Assembly: GCA_020348925.1 (NCBI GenBank) | Contig: CP070758.1 | Coordinates: 4,897,775 to 4,961,774 of the forward strand | Direction: 5' to 3' | Origin: Gemmatimonadota bacterium | GTDB taxonomy: Bacteria; JBHIER01; G020348925 | Length of the DNA: 64,000 nt | The notes under the pieces: generated by a model | The model's database searches: none | What the model saw: the letters and a program-made list of their open reading frames with translations, nothing else | What the model was told of the DNA's origin: nothing | Shown: in pieces, positions 1 to 8,310 of the stretch | Position numbering within the stretch: position 1 is the stretch's first letter | Layout of the letters: every line of letters begins with the position of its first letter | Translations under genes and position numbers: made by a program

Positions 1-731
1 AATATATGTATTGCAGATTCATCATTGCTGCCCATTTGTGTGTTCCTTAACGGTAATTGCGCATCCAACAATTGTTTGTACAGTCGTTTCCAGGGTACAC
101 CATCATAACCTAAAACAACATCACCTGGTTGCAGCCCCAATGTATGGTTTGGAAGTGCTTTGTAAACCAATAGCGTGCTATCCGGCAACGGTGTCAAACC
201 CGCACCAAAGCGGCTTATATCTACGCAAGCACCAGTTACAAAAAGAGGTATCCCTGGTTGAATATCTGTAAATGCGTTTACCGGCATACAATCAATAAGT
301 GTGTGCGCATCCTTGAGAGCAAACGCCAGGTGATTCAATATTGCCGCAAATCTTCCCCTGCTGACACCTGCTTCTATCTCCGGTCGATATACATCTCTCA
401 GTGAATCTATGTTAATAGACATATTCATGAATGCCCCATACCTTTGATCAATGTCGTTCCAGGCTTGATCAAAAATAGCCAAATTCTCGGCAGTCGATAA
501 TCCTTCGCCCCATGTCGAGTCAATGATCTCTTTCCAGTCTGTCTGTGTAAAAAGTGCCGGTGGAATTTTTTCCAAATTTTTTGGTTTATGTATCTTGTAT
601 TCAGGAGATGTGGTTTTTTGTTCCACAGGGTAATTGTTTTCCGATAAAGGTGAGATCTGTGCGGGGGGTAGTTGGATCATGATAGAAATAAATAACCAGC
701 ACATGAATACAATTCTTAATTTAGGAATCAT
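1..731 (-). CDS. Secreted S41-family peptidase, N-terminal part (runs off window)
   Basis: Manual translation from ATG 731: MIPKLRIVFMCWLFISIMIQLP signal-like start; tricorn-C1-like FDQAWNDIDQRYGAF...FAAILNHLAFALKDAHT; PDZ-like GLQPGDVVLGYDG. Absent from the ORF track because there is no stop in the window. Confidence 0.7.
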   Translation of the reverse strand, partial: MIPKLRIVFMCWLFISIMIQLPPAQISPLSENNYPVEQKTTSPEYKIHKPKNLEKIPPALFTQTDWKEIIDSTWGEGLSTAENLAIFDQAWNDIDQRYGAFMNMSINIDSLRDVYRPEIEAGVSRGRFAAILNHLAFALKDAHTLIDCMPVNAFTDIQPGIPLFVTGACVDISRFGAGLTPLPDSTLLVYKALPNHTLGLQPGDVVLGYDGVPWKRLYKQLLDAQLPLRNTQMGSNDESAIHI

Positions 732-766
732 TACTGTACTCCCTTCATATTGATACTATAAAAAAG

Positions 767-833
767 TTATAACGACATGATCGGTAGCCGACGGGCGCTT
801 TATCCGCCGGTCTGCTGCATCAGCTTGTTTGGC
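767..833 (-). other. attC-like integron cassette recombination site
   Basis: Minus strand GCCAAAC-AAGC-TGATGCAGCAGACCGGCGG-ATAAAGCGC-CCGTCGGCTACCGATCA-TGTC-GTTATAA: AAC and GTT cores, imperfect hairpin, 67 bp, just upstream of an RBS and ATG. Confidence 0.65.
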
Positions 834-1102
834 TATAGTATTGTCTTTACTATTGTTTTATAGATTATGCGAAAAACCATTCAAAATGCCTTTTAGAAAT
901 TTTTTTTAGTATTCCACTGGAACATTATGTGTGAGGAATGTTTATTTTATTTTTTTGATTACCACAAAAGCACAGCTCCTAAGCTATGCTCAACCGCATT
1001 GCTTTAAAAGTATCGCAGGAAAAGATTCACCTATTCCAAGGCACCTTTAGACACTTCAAAATTATCAGATGTTTCAAATAAGTCATCTACTGGGGAATTT
1101 AC

Positions 1103-1706
1103 TTATTGGACTATTTTATTTGCGTAAGCGGTTTGATTTCCATCGAAAGGAGTATCAAGGAAAGAAAACAGATCAAGAAGAAACAGGTTCAGACATGCGT
1201 ATCCCACGATTCCAAAGGGAAAGTGAAGAGTTGGCAATGTCATACAGTTTCTGCTTTCGGGATATCCCGGCAGACAGCAGGAACACCAGATGTTGGAGAA
1301 CTCCTGTTTGAATGGAAACGAAGACGGGAGATGGATCTTCACCTTGGTGCGAAGCTCCAGGACTCTGGCACCAATTTTGAGCAGCTTCACATGGATCGTG
1401 TCAAACTTGCTTTGGCAAACTGGGTCTTCTTCAAGTGGACCTGTCTGAGGGTATGCATCAGCATATAGGCCATACTATACAATAAGAGCCTGAACCGGTT
1501 GGCTTCAAATCGACAGCACAAGGTCCGATCAGAACGGAGATGATTTTTATGTTCCTTGATCATCAGTTCCATCGTCCCTCGTCCACAGTATGCTGTCTGA
1601 TAGATGAAGCGTCATTCAGATAGGTCACGATAAACCGAACAGTGGCTCCTTGAGCCGTATGTTCGGCCTTGTAGACAACTCGTTGAGCTGTATTCCATGT
1701 ACTGGC
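1103..1706 (-). pseudogene. IS1380-family transposase remnant (C-terminal, frameshifted)
   Basis: Fragments in different frames: RVVYKAEHTAQGATVRFIVT, YCGRGTMELMIKEHKNHLRSDRT..RFEANRFRLLL, KLLKIGARV...KIHLPSSFP. Confidence 0.8.
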
Positions 1707-1812
1707 ATTTTTTGAGTCTGACCCCAAATTTTACCCGTTTGAATCATACTCCTCTTTATAAAAATCAGCGTCTGGTTATTTCTGTTCAATGCTCTTAATC
1801 AATACATCTCTT

Positions 1813-3136
1813 CAGTGCTGTCCGGTTGTTTGAGATTGTGTTTCCAGTAAATACTTTCTCTGTAATTGGTTGAAGCAAAATCAAAGAGGGATCGATTTGA
1901 ACTGAGATTTTTCATATTTTGCCATTCCACTTCTTCATAGAAAGGAATGGCAAATGAACTCAGGTCAAACAGTGTTCTCTCAACTGACATCACATGTACC
2001 TGTTAAATCTTTTCGACGATGTGTAGAACGTTACCATGGCCATTACAAAGTACAAAGCTTTTCGTGTTGGGACCAATTCCTGTGTATGGCATTTGCTCAA
2101 ATTACCTATCGCGAAAGTTTACTTGACATTGAAGTCTGTCTTCGTTCAATGCAGGGCAAGTTATACCATATGGGGATCCGAGGCAAAGTATCACGAAGCA
2201 CCCTTGCTGATGCGAACGAAAACAGAGACTGGCGTATTTATGCAGACTTTACTCTCCTTCTCATCGATATTGCCAGGAAACTCTATCAGAACGATGATTT
2301 TGGTGTGGAACTCGATGAAACAGTCTATGCTTTGGATTCAACAACCATTGATCTGTGCTTGTCCGTTTTCCCATGGGCTCTTTTTCGAAAAAACAAAGGA
2401 GCGATAAAAGTGCACACCCTATTGGATCTGCGCGGTAACATACCATCTTTTGTCTGGATCACTCATGCAAAAGTTCATGATGTGAACATCCTTGATGAAC
2501 TCATCGCAGAGCCGGGAGCTATCTACCTGATTGACCGAGCCTATATTGACTTTTCCAGGCTATACGAGCTAAATGAAGCTCAAGCGACTTTCATTACCAA
2601 AGCAAAATCTAATTTTCAATGTCGTCGTCTCTACTCTCGTCCTGTCGAAAAAACAACAGGACTCCGATGTGATCAAACTGTTGTCCTCTCAGGATTCTAT
2701 TCATCAAAGGATTATCCTGACAAGATGCGTCGGATCAAATTCTTCGATGCTGATTCCCGGAAAACGTTTGTCTTCTTAACCAATAATTTCAAACTTCCAG
2801 CACTGACCATCTGTCAATTGTTCAAGTGCCGCTGGAATGTAGAAATATTTTTCAGGTGGATCAAACAAAATCTACGTATCAAATCCTTTTATGGCACCTC
2901 CCTGAATGCTGTTAAAACTCAAATATGGATTGCCATTGCGACATATGTCCTGGTAGCTATTGTGAAAAAACGACTCAAAATAGACCTCAGTCTTTACACC
3001 TTTCTGCAGATTCTCAGTGTAACTGCTTTTGAAAAAGTCGATATCTCTCAACTGGTTACTGATCATGATTACAAACACCTGTATGACCAAAATCCTAGCC
3101 AACTGAATTTATTCGACTTATAACCGGACACTACTG
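1813..3136 (+). mobile_element. IS4-family insertion sequence
   Basis: Terminal inverted repeats CAGTGCTGTCCGGTT (1813-1827) and AACCGGACACTACTG (3122-3136), 13/15 match, enclosing a transposase. No target duplication seen. Confidence 0.9.
1954..3123 (+). CDS. IS4-family DDE transposase (DUF4372 + DDE_Tnp_1)
   Basis: LDSTTIDL, IDRAYIDF and RWNVEIFFRWIKQNL motifs; 389 aa, intact. Confidence 0.92.
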   Translation: MNSGQTVFSQLTSHVPVKSFRRCVERYHGHYKVQSFSCWDQFLCMAFAQITYRESLLDIEVCLRSMQGKLYHMGIRGKVSRSTLADANENRDWRIYADFTLLLIDIARKLYQNDDFGVELDETVYALDSTTIDLCLSVFPWALFRKNKGAIKVHTLLDLRGNIPSFVWITHAKVHDVNILDELIAEPGAIYLIDRAYIDFSRLYELNEAQATFITKAKSNFQCRRLYSRPVEKTTGLRCDQTVVLSGFYSSKDYPDKMRRIKFFDADSRKTFVFLTNNFKLPALTICQLFKCRWNVEIFFRWIKQNLRIKSFYGTSLNAVKTQIWIAIATYVLVAIVKKRLKIDLSLYTFLQILSVTAFEKVDISQLVTDHDYKHLYDQNPSQLNLFDL

Positions 3137-3711
3137 ATATCAAATATGTTTTAGCTAAGGGAGAACTCATCTGGAGATCGAAGGGGCCTGTGACTTATAG
3201 CTGGAATCTTGGAGAGCAGCAAAAAGGTTCTATCGGCTGCAGACTGATAAGAGATTCGGAGGTACCAACAGCTTTGGAGCTCACGTATAGCTCTACGAAT
3301 AAATTCACAGGAGAAAAGAGAGACTTTAATTATAGCGTTTCTATTGACTCAACTCCCTGCAATTACGGAGGTCAAAGGTATTGGTTTATCTGCCCATTAA
3401 TCTTAAATGATCGGTCTTGTCACCGTCGATGCCGAATTCTCTATTTACCTTCAGGAGCTTCATATTTTGGATGTCGTTTATGCTACAATCTGACTTACAG
3501 AAGTCGTCAAGAACATAGAAGTTGGAATTACGAGAATGCCAGACTCTTTAATAAACTCCGAAAAGTGGAAAATAAATATATACGAGCAAAAAGGCCTTGG
3601 ATAAGAGAAAAATATCGCCGACAGATCGTTGCAACGAGGGCAGGCATAGAACAAATGTGTAAGACCCTTGAAGTAAAGTTGCTTAAAACTTGTAAGGACT
3701 TGGAGAAGTAA
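3137..3711 (+). CDS. Cys-rich conserved hypothetical protein of mobile elements, probably 5'-truncated by IS4
   Basis: GGQRYWFICP...CHRRCRILY...FGCRLCYNLTYRSRQE; the frame is open from the IS4 right end. Confidence 0.65.
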
Positions 3712-3810
3712 TGAAAAAATCTGAAAAAGGCGAAAAAAGCTTTACTTTTTATTATTTCCAAGTTATATTTATAACCATGAAAACGATTGAACATAAGAAA
3801 GGAGAGAAAA

Positions 3811-3972
3811 ATGCCAAGACCAAAAAAGGACATACGTGAAGGGCGTATGATTCATGTACGCCTCTCAGAGGAGACTCATAAACACCTCCGAATACGAGTT
3901 GCTGAGCTTGATACTACAATCCAGGATTGGGTAGCCGTACTCATAGAACGTGAGCTCAAGCGAAAGGCGTAA
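3811..3972 (+). CDS. Small ribbon-helix-helix DNA-binding protein
   Basis: RBS AAGGAG; MPRPKKDIREGRMIHVRLSEETHKHLRIRVAELDTTIQDWVAVLIERELK has an RHH pattern. Confidence 0.7.
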   Translation: MPRPKKDIREGRMIHVRLSEETHKHLRIRVAELDTTIQDWVAVLIERELKRKA

Positions 3973-4004
3973 ACAATGATAAAATATCATAGGAGGGTAA
4001 TCCT

Positions 4005-5525
4005 ATGAGAAGAAAACGAAAAAGCGTCGAGAGAAAAGACAATATAGGCAAATCAAAGGTGGTAATTTATGCCAGGGTGAGCTCCAGGGATCAGGAAAAG
4101 GAAGGTTTTTCTATCCCAGCCCAATTGAAGTTGCTTGAAGGGTATGCCAGAGAACACGACTATAAAATTGTCGAAAAGTTTATTGATGTGGAGACGGCAA
4201 AAGAGGCCGGTAGAGGTGACTTCAATAGAATGGTGAAATTCCTTGAAAACACTCCTGGCGTAAAGATTATCCTGTGTGAAAAGACCGACCGCTTGTATCG
4301 AAATTTCAGGGATTATGTTACTATCGATGATCTTGATTTAACTCTCATTTTTGTGAAAGAAAATTCCATTCTTAATAGCGATTCCCGAAGTCATGATAAA
4401 TTCATCCACGGCATTAAGGTTCTAATGGCCAAGAATTACATCGATAATTTATCTGAGGAAGTCAAGAAAGGCATGTTGGAAAAAGCCGAACAGGGTCACT
4501 GGCCTTCGTCTGCACCGATAGGATACATAAATAGTCCAGAACACACACTTGAAGTTGATATAGTCAGAGCACCAATCATTCGCAGAATGTTCGAACGGTA
4601 TGCTAAAGGGAATTTCCCTATTCATAGAATAGTTGACCTTGCTAACGAGGAAGGCTTTGTCTCACGAAAATACAAAAGAAAAATGTGCAAAGATGTCGCA
4701 TATCACCTACTTAAAAATCCTATATATTACGGAGATTTTCGATGGAAAGGTAAAATGTACAAAGGGAACCACCCCCCGATTATCAGCAAGGACCTATTTG
4801 ATACAGTCCAGGAAGTGATGAACAATCGGAGCACACCGAAGGTGAAGAAGGAAAGATTTGCCTTCCGAGGCCTCATGACTTGTGGTCATTGCGGGTGTGG
4901 AATTACGGCTCAAATTCAGAAGGGACGATACGTGTATTATCGCTGCACAGGCTTTAAAGGGAAATGCGGACAGCGCTGGGTGCGTGAGGAGGAATTGGAC
5001 AGACAATATGCCGAAATTGTCAAAAAGATTAAAATCGATGAGGAGGTTGTAGAATGGGTTAAAAACGCCCTTAAAACGAGCCACAAGGACGAAAAACAGT
5101 ATCATGAGGGGTCTATACGGACCTTAACCCGAAGATACGAAGAAATCCAGCGTAAAATCGACAAGATGTACGAAGACAAATTGGAGGGTCTCATTGACGA
5201 CGACCTGTGGACTCGGAAATTTGAGTCATGGAAGGAGGAGCAAGGGGATATCCTCCGAAATATTGAACAGCACAAGGAAGCAAATCGGAGCTACTTCGAA
5301 GAGGGTGTTCAGATTTTAAAACTGGCGAATAAGGCGTATTCTCTATATGTTAGACAAAATTTGTGGGAAAAACGAAAATTGCTTGATATTTTACTTTATA
5401 ACTGCTCCATGATCGACGGAACTCTTTGCCCCACATACAGAAAACCCTTTGACATGCTTGCCAAAGGGCTTGAAATAGAGAACTGGCGGGGCCGACCGGA
5501 TTTGAACCGGCGATCTCTGGCTTGA
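4005..5525 (+). CDS. Large serine recombinase (integrase)
   Basis: YARVSS catalytic motif, EKTDRLYRN, recombinase domain, zinc ribbon CGHCG...YYRC...C, coiled coil. The 3' end overlaps tRNA-Asp. Confidence 0.93.
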   Translation: MRRKRKSVERKDNIGKSKVVIYARVSSRDQEKEGFSIPAQLKLLEGYAREHDYKIVEKFIDVETAKEAGRGDFNRMVKFLENTPGVKIILCEKTDRLYRNFRDYVTIDDLDLTLIFVKENSILNSDSRSHDKFIHGIKVLMAKNYIDNLSEEVKKGMLEKAEQGHWPSSAPIGYINSPEHTLEVDIVRAPIIRRMFERYAKGNFPIHRIVDLANEEGFVSRKYKRKMCKDVAYHLLKNPIYYGDFRWKGKMYKGNHPPIISKDLFDTVQEVMNNRSTPKVKKERFAFRGLMTCGHCGCGITAQIQKGRYVYYRCTGFKGKCGQRWVREEELDRQYAEIVKKIKIDEEVVEWVKNALKTSHKDEKQYHEGSIRTLTRRYEEIQRKIDKMYEDKLEGLIDDDLWTRKFESWKEEQGDILRNIEQHKEANRSYFEEGVQILKLANKAYSLYVRQNLWEKRKLLDILLYNCSMIDGTLCPTYRKPFDMLAKGLEIENWRGRPDLNRRSLA

Positions 5526-5562
5526 CAGGCCAGTGTGTTAAACCAGGCTACACTACGGCCCC
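5484..5562 (-). tRNA. tRNA-Asp(GTC)
   Basis: Cloverleaf GGGGCCG...CTGGC-CTGTCAA-GCCAG...TTCAAAT...CGGCCCCGCCA. Confidence 0.97.
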
Positions 5563-5587
5563 TATGGTATTCTTTTTTCTCAATCAC

Positions 5588-5665
5588 TGGTGGGCGATAC
5601 TGGATTCGAACCAGTGACCTCCTGCTTGTAAGGCAGGCACTCTCAACCAACTGAGCTAATCGCCC
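5588..5665 (-). tRNA. tRNA-Val(TAC)
   Basis: GGGCGAT...CCTGC-CTTACAA-GCAGG...TTCGAAT...ATCGCCCACCA. Confidence 0.97.
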
Positions 5666-5808
5666 CTTTTGCAAGGAATATACCGACCTTCCCGATCGGT
5701 ATCGGGACNNNNNNNNNNNNNNNNNNNNNNNNNNNNNNNNNNNNNNNNNNNNNNNNNNNNNNNNNNNNNNNNNNNNNNNNNNNNNNNNNNNNNNNNNNNN
5801 NNNNNNNN

Positions 5809-6210
5809 CGGTTCTTCAGAGCCAGTTCAGCCACTAACTGTTTGAGCTGTTCGTTCTCCTTGCGATAGGCTCCCACTTCACTGCTAGTCGCCTCACGCTC
5901 AATATCACCCAACAGCCGTTTCTTCCCAGCTTCCAGAAACTCTTTACTCCAACGATAATAAAGATTGGGGTTGATTCCTTCACTGCGGCAGAGTGATTTG
6001 ATACTCTCCTCTCCTCGCAGCCCTTCTCAAACGATCCGTATCTTCTCTTCAGCACTAAACTTTCTTCTCGTTTTTCGTTTGATCTCTCGTACGACAGTGT
6101 CTGGTGTCGTCGTCTGGTCCATTTCTGACTCCTTTCGGGAGAGGCAAGGTAACAAAATCCAGCTCTTAATTCAAACACCAAATCTGTCCGAAATGTTCTG
6201 ACGGCTCACA
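5809..6210 (-). mobile_element. IS3-family element, left end with inactivated orfA (cut by gap)
   Basis: End TGTGAGCCGTCAGAACATTTCGGACA. OrfA from ATG 6122: RRKFSAEEKIRIV*EGLRGEESI...LYYRWSKEFLEAGKKRL, with an in-frame TGA. Confidence 0.8.
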
Positions 6211-6386
6211 GGCCTTTTTGCTGAAAAGAACATACAATTGGTTTTAGGTGAATCAGGACAAATTGATGAGACCGTCGACAAACTTATCCGGGGTGAACTG
6301 AAGGGTGGTGAGAGCTTGTGCAAACCTGCGCTGGAAAAGGGTACGGCTTCGATAAAACAGAGTGCGACCACTCGCAACACAGTTAG
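6211..6386 (+). pseudogene. NifB/NifX-family (FeMo-cofactor-binding fold) protein, 3' remnant
   Basis: GLFAEKNIQLVLG..GELKGGESLCKP then, after a frameshift, AGKGYGFDKTECDHS*; 5' part cut by the IS3 end. Confidence 0.6.
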
Positions 6387-6427
6387 ATTTCGTATGAGCG
6401 ATGCTCTCTTGGCTGAAGTAAGATTGT

Positions 6428-6841
6428 ATGGATCAAAGAGCAACAAATTTAGAACATAGATATTGCTTCGCCTGTGGAACCGAGAATCCCGACGGCTTAG
6501 CTCTCGAATTTGTCTTGTCAAAAGACGAAGAGATATCGGCCGTTTTCACTCCGAAGAGAATTCACCAGGGGTACGATGACATGCTTCATGGCGGTATCGT
6601 GTGTACCCTTCTCGATGCAGCCATGACCCGACTCCTCATGAGCAAAGGGATAACGGCCGTCACCGCAAATCTTAATGTTCGTTTCAAAAAACCCGTCCCA
6701 ATTACAGAAAGACTGGTAGTACACGCCCGAATTGTGAAACGGCGCGAACGCTATTTTCAGTGCTCCGCTGACCTTGCAGTAACCGGATCTGTCGCAGCAA
6801 CAGCTACAGGAAAATTTTTGAGGAGAAGAAAGACGAAGTGA
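6428..6841 (+). CDS. PaaI-family hotdog thioesterase
   Basis: CFACG.ENP.GL and HQGY...HGGIV.TLLDAAM motifs. Confidence 0.88.
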   Translation: MDQRATNLEHRYCFACGTENPDGLALEFVLSKDEEISAVFTPKRIHQGYDDMLHGGIVCTLLDAAMTRLLMSKGITAVTANLNVRFKKPVPITERLVVHARIVKRRERYFQCSADLAVTGSVAATATGKFLRRRKTK

Positions 6842-7323
6842 AAAGGAATGATATTAAATCCGATTTCGAAAAGATGGCTGACAGCTTAGAGTCAGGTATC
6901 ATGGAGCAGATGCAGCGCAATTACTCACACACTGTCATCGATCACGCTATGAATCCGAGAAACATCGGTAAAATCGAAGGTGCGGAAGGTCATGCACGAT
7001 TCACTGGCCCTTGCGGAGACATAATGGAGATCTTCCTCAGAATTCAAAATAATGTGATTACAGAAGTCTCATTTATGACTGACGGCTGTGGTACATCTCT
7101 AGCAAGTGGCAGTATGGTTACGGAATTGGTAAAAAGAAAACACATCCAGGCAGCGTATCGTATCAATCAGAAAAACGTCCTTGAAGCTCTGGGAGGGCTT
7201 CCTGAAGAAGACGAACACTGTGCACTTTTGGCAGCCAGTACCATGAAACTGGCCGTCCAAGATTATCTGAGCACAAGAAATCACCTGTGGAAGAGAATGT
7301 ACAAACCTGGAGAACGTTCCTAA
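6838..7323 (+). CDS. NifU/IscU-like Fe-S scaffold protein
   Basis: NPRN.G, GPCGD, DGCG, EHCALLA. Confidence 0.88.
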   Translation: MKRNDIKSDFEKMADSLESGIMEQMQRNYSHTVIDHAMNPRNIGKIEGAEGHARFTGPCGDIMEIFLRIQNNVITEVSFMTDGCGTSLASGSMVTELVKRKHIQAAYRINQKNVLEALGGLPEEDEHCALLAASTMKLAVQDYLSTRNHLWKRMYKPGERS

Positions 7324-7689
7324 GCTGCCATATGAGAAGTCCATGGCATCAAGGACCACAGCCTCCCTGAAGAGAAGCACTCCAGTAACATATTCAATAG
7401 GGAGAGGAAGTGTCAGAGAAAGAGATTGTGCCTCGGGAATCCTCTCTTAGAAAGCTGTGATAGAAAGAGAGACTCAGCAACCTCGATACTCTGTTGATGG
7501 CCACACGGATCAGGAATACTTCCAACCACAGTTCTTTGACAGTGCCACTCCCCTTAAATCTCTGCTATGGTTAGGACTCTAGACTGGCCCTCAACTCGGA
7601 AAAATGCGGAATGACCTAACGGTCAAATCATATCGGAGCTACAATGCGTCACACGTCTCGACTGTGTGCAACCTCTCGAGGATGTCCAC

Positions 7690-8280
7690 CTACCAATTCT
7701 CCGCCAGAAGCTCGAAGTGGGCCTGGGGGTGGGCGCAGGCGGGACATTGATCAGGGGCTCTAGTCCCTTTGTGCAGGTAGCCACAGTTGCGGCACCGCCA
7801 CACGACCGGCTTATCCTTTTTGAACACCGTCCCCGCTTCAATGTTTGACAGAAGACCCAGGTATCGCTTCTCGTGCTGTTTCTCGGCCACGGCGATGGAC
7901 TCGAATATCGCGGCGATCTCATCGAAACCCTCGTCGCGGGCGCCCTTGGCAAAGGATGGATACATCTCCGTCCATTCGTAGCGTTCCCCTCCGGCTGCCT
8001 CCTTCAGATTCTCCGTCGTGGTTCCGATAACACCGGCCGGAAAGGCGGCCTGAATCTCGACCTCGCCGCCCTGGAGAAGCTTGAAAAATCTCTTAGCGTG
8101 TTCCTTCTCCTGATTTGCTGTCTCCTCAAAAATGTCTGCAATCTGGACATAACCCTCTTTTCTCGCCTGACTGGAGAAATAGGTATAGCGGTTGCGCGCC
8201 TGCGACTCGCCGGCGAAAGCCGTCAACAGGTTCTTCTCCGTCTGCGTACCTTTCAGGTTACTGCCTTTCGGGTTATTCAT
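7690..8280 (-). CDS. rbr: Rubrerythrin
   Basis: [23 protein letters not shown]-terminal WRCRNCGY...CPACAHP. Confidence 0.95.
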   Translation of the reverse strand: MNNPKGSNLKGTQTEKNLLTAFAGESQARNRYTYFSSQARKEGYVQIADIFEETANQEKEHAKRFFKLLQGGEVEIQAAFPAGVIGTTTENLKEAAGGERYEWTEMYPSFAKGARDEGFDEIAAIFESIAVAEKQHEKRYLGLLSNIEAGTVFKKDKPVVWRCRNCGYLHKGTRAPDQCPACAHPQAHFELLAENW

Positions 8281-8310
8281 CTTTCCTTCCTCCTTCTTCA
8301 TATAGAGGGT

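Larger units (their letters stand above)
1..5494. mobile_element. Right part of genomic island integrated at the tRNA-Asp 3' end
   Basis: Integrase abuts the tRNA 3' end; AT-rich sequence with IS debris. The left boundary is outside the window. Confidence 0.7.

Noticed and set aside
5690-5707. Palindrome TCCCGAT-CGGT-ATCGGGA upstream of the tRNAs
   Set aside because: Resembles the variable hairpin of the repeat but is cut by the gap; too little context.
6027-6029. TGA recoding (selenocysteine or alternative code) in IS3 orfA
   Set aside because: The position corresponds to a hydrophobic residue in a decayed IS, and TGA is a normal stop elsewhere in the window.
6211-7323. Nitrogen fixation inferred from NifX-like and NifU-like genes
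   Set aside because: These families are widespread in non-diazotrophic anaerobes; no nifHDK here.
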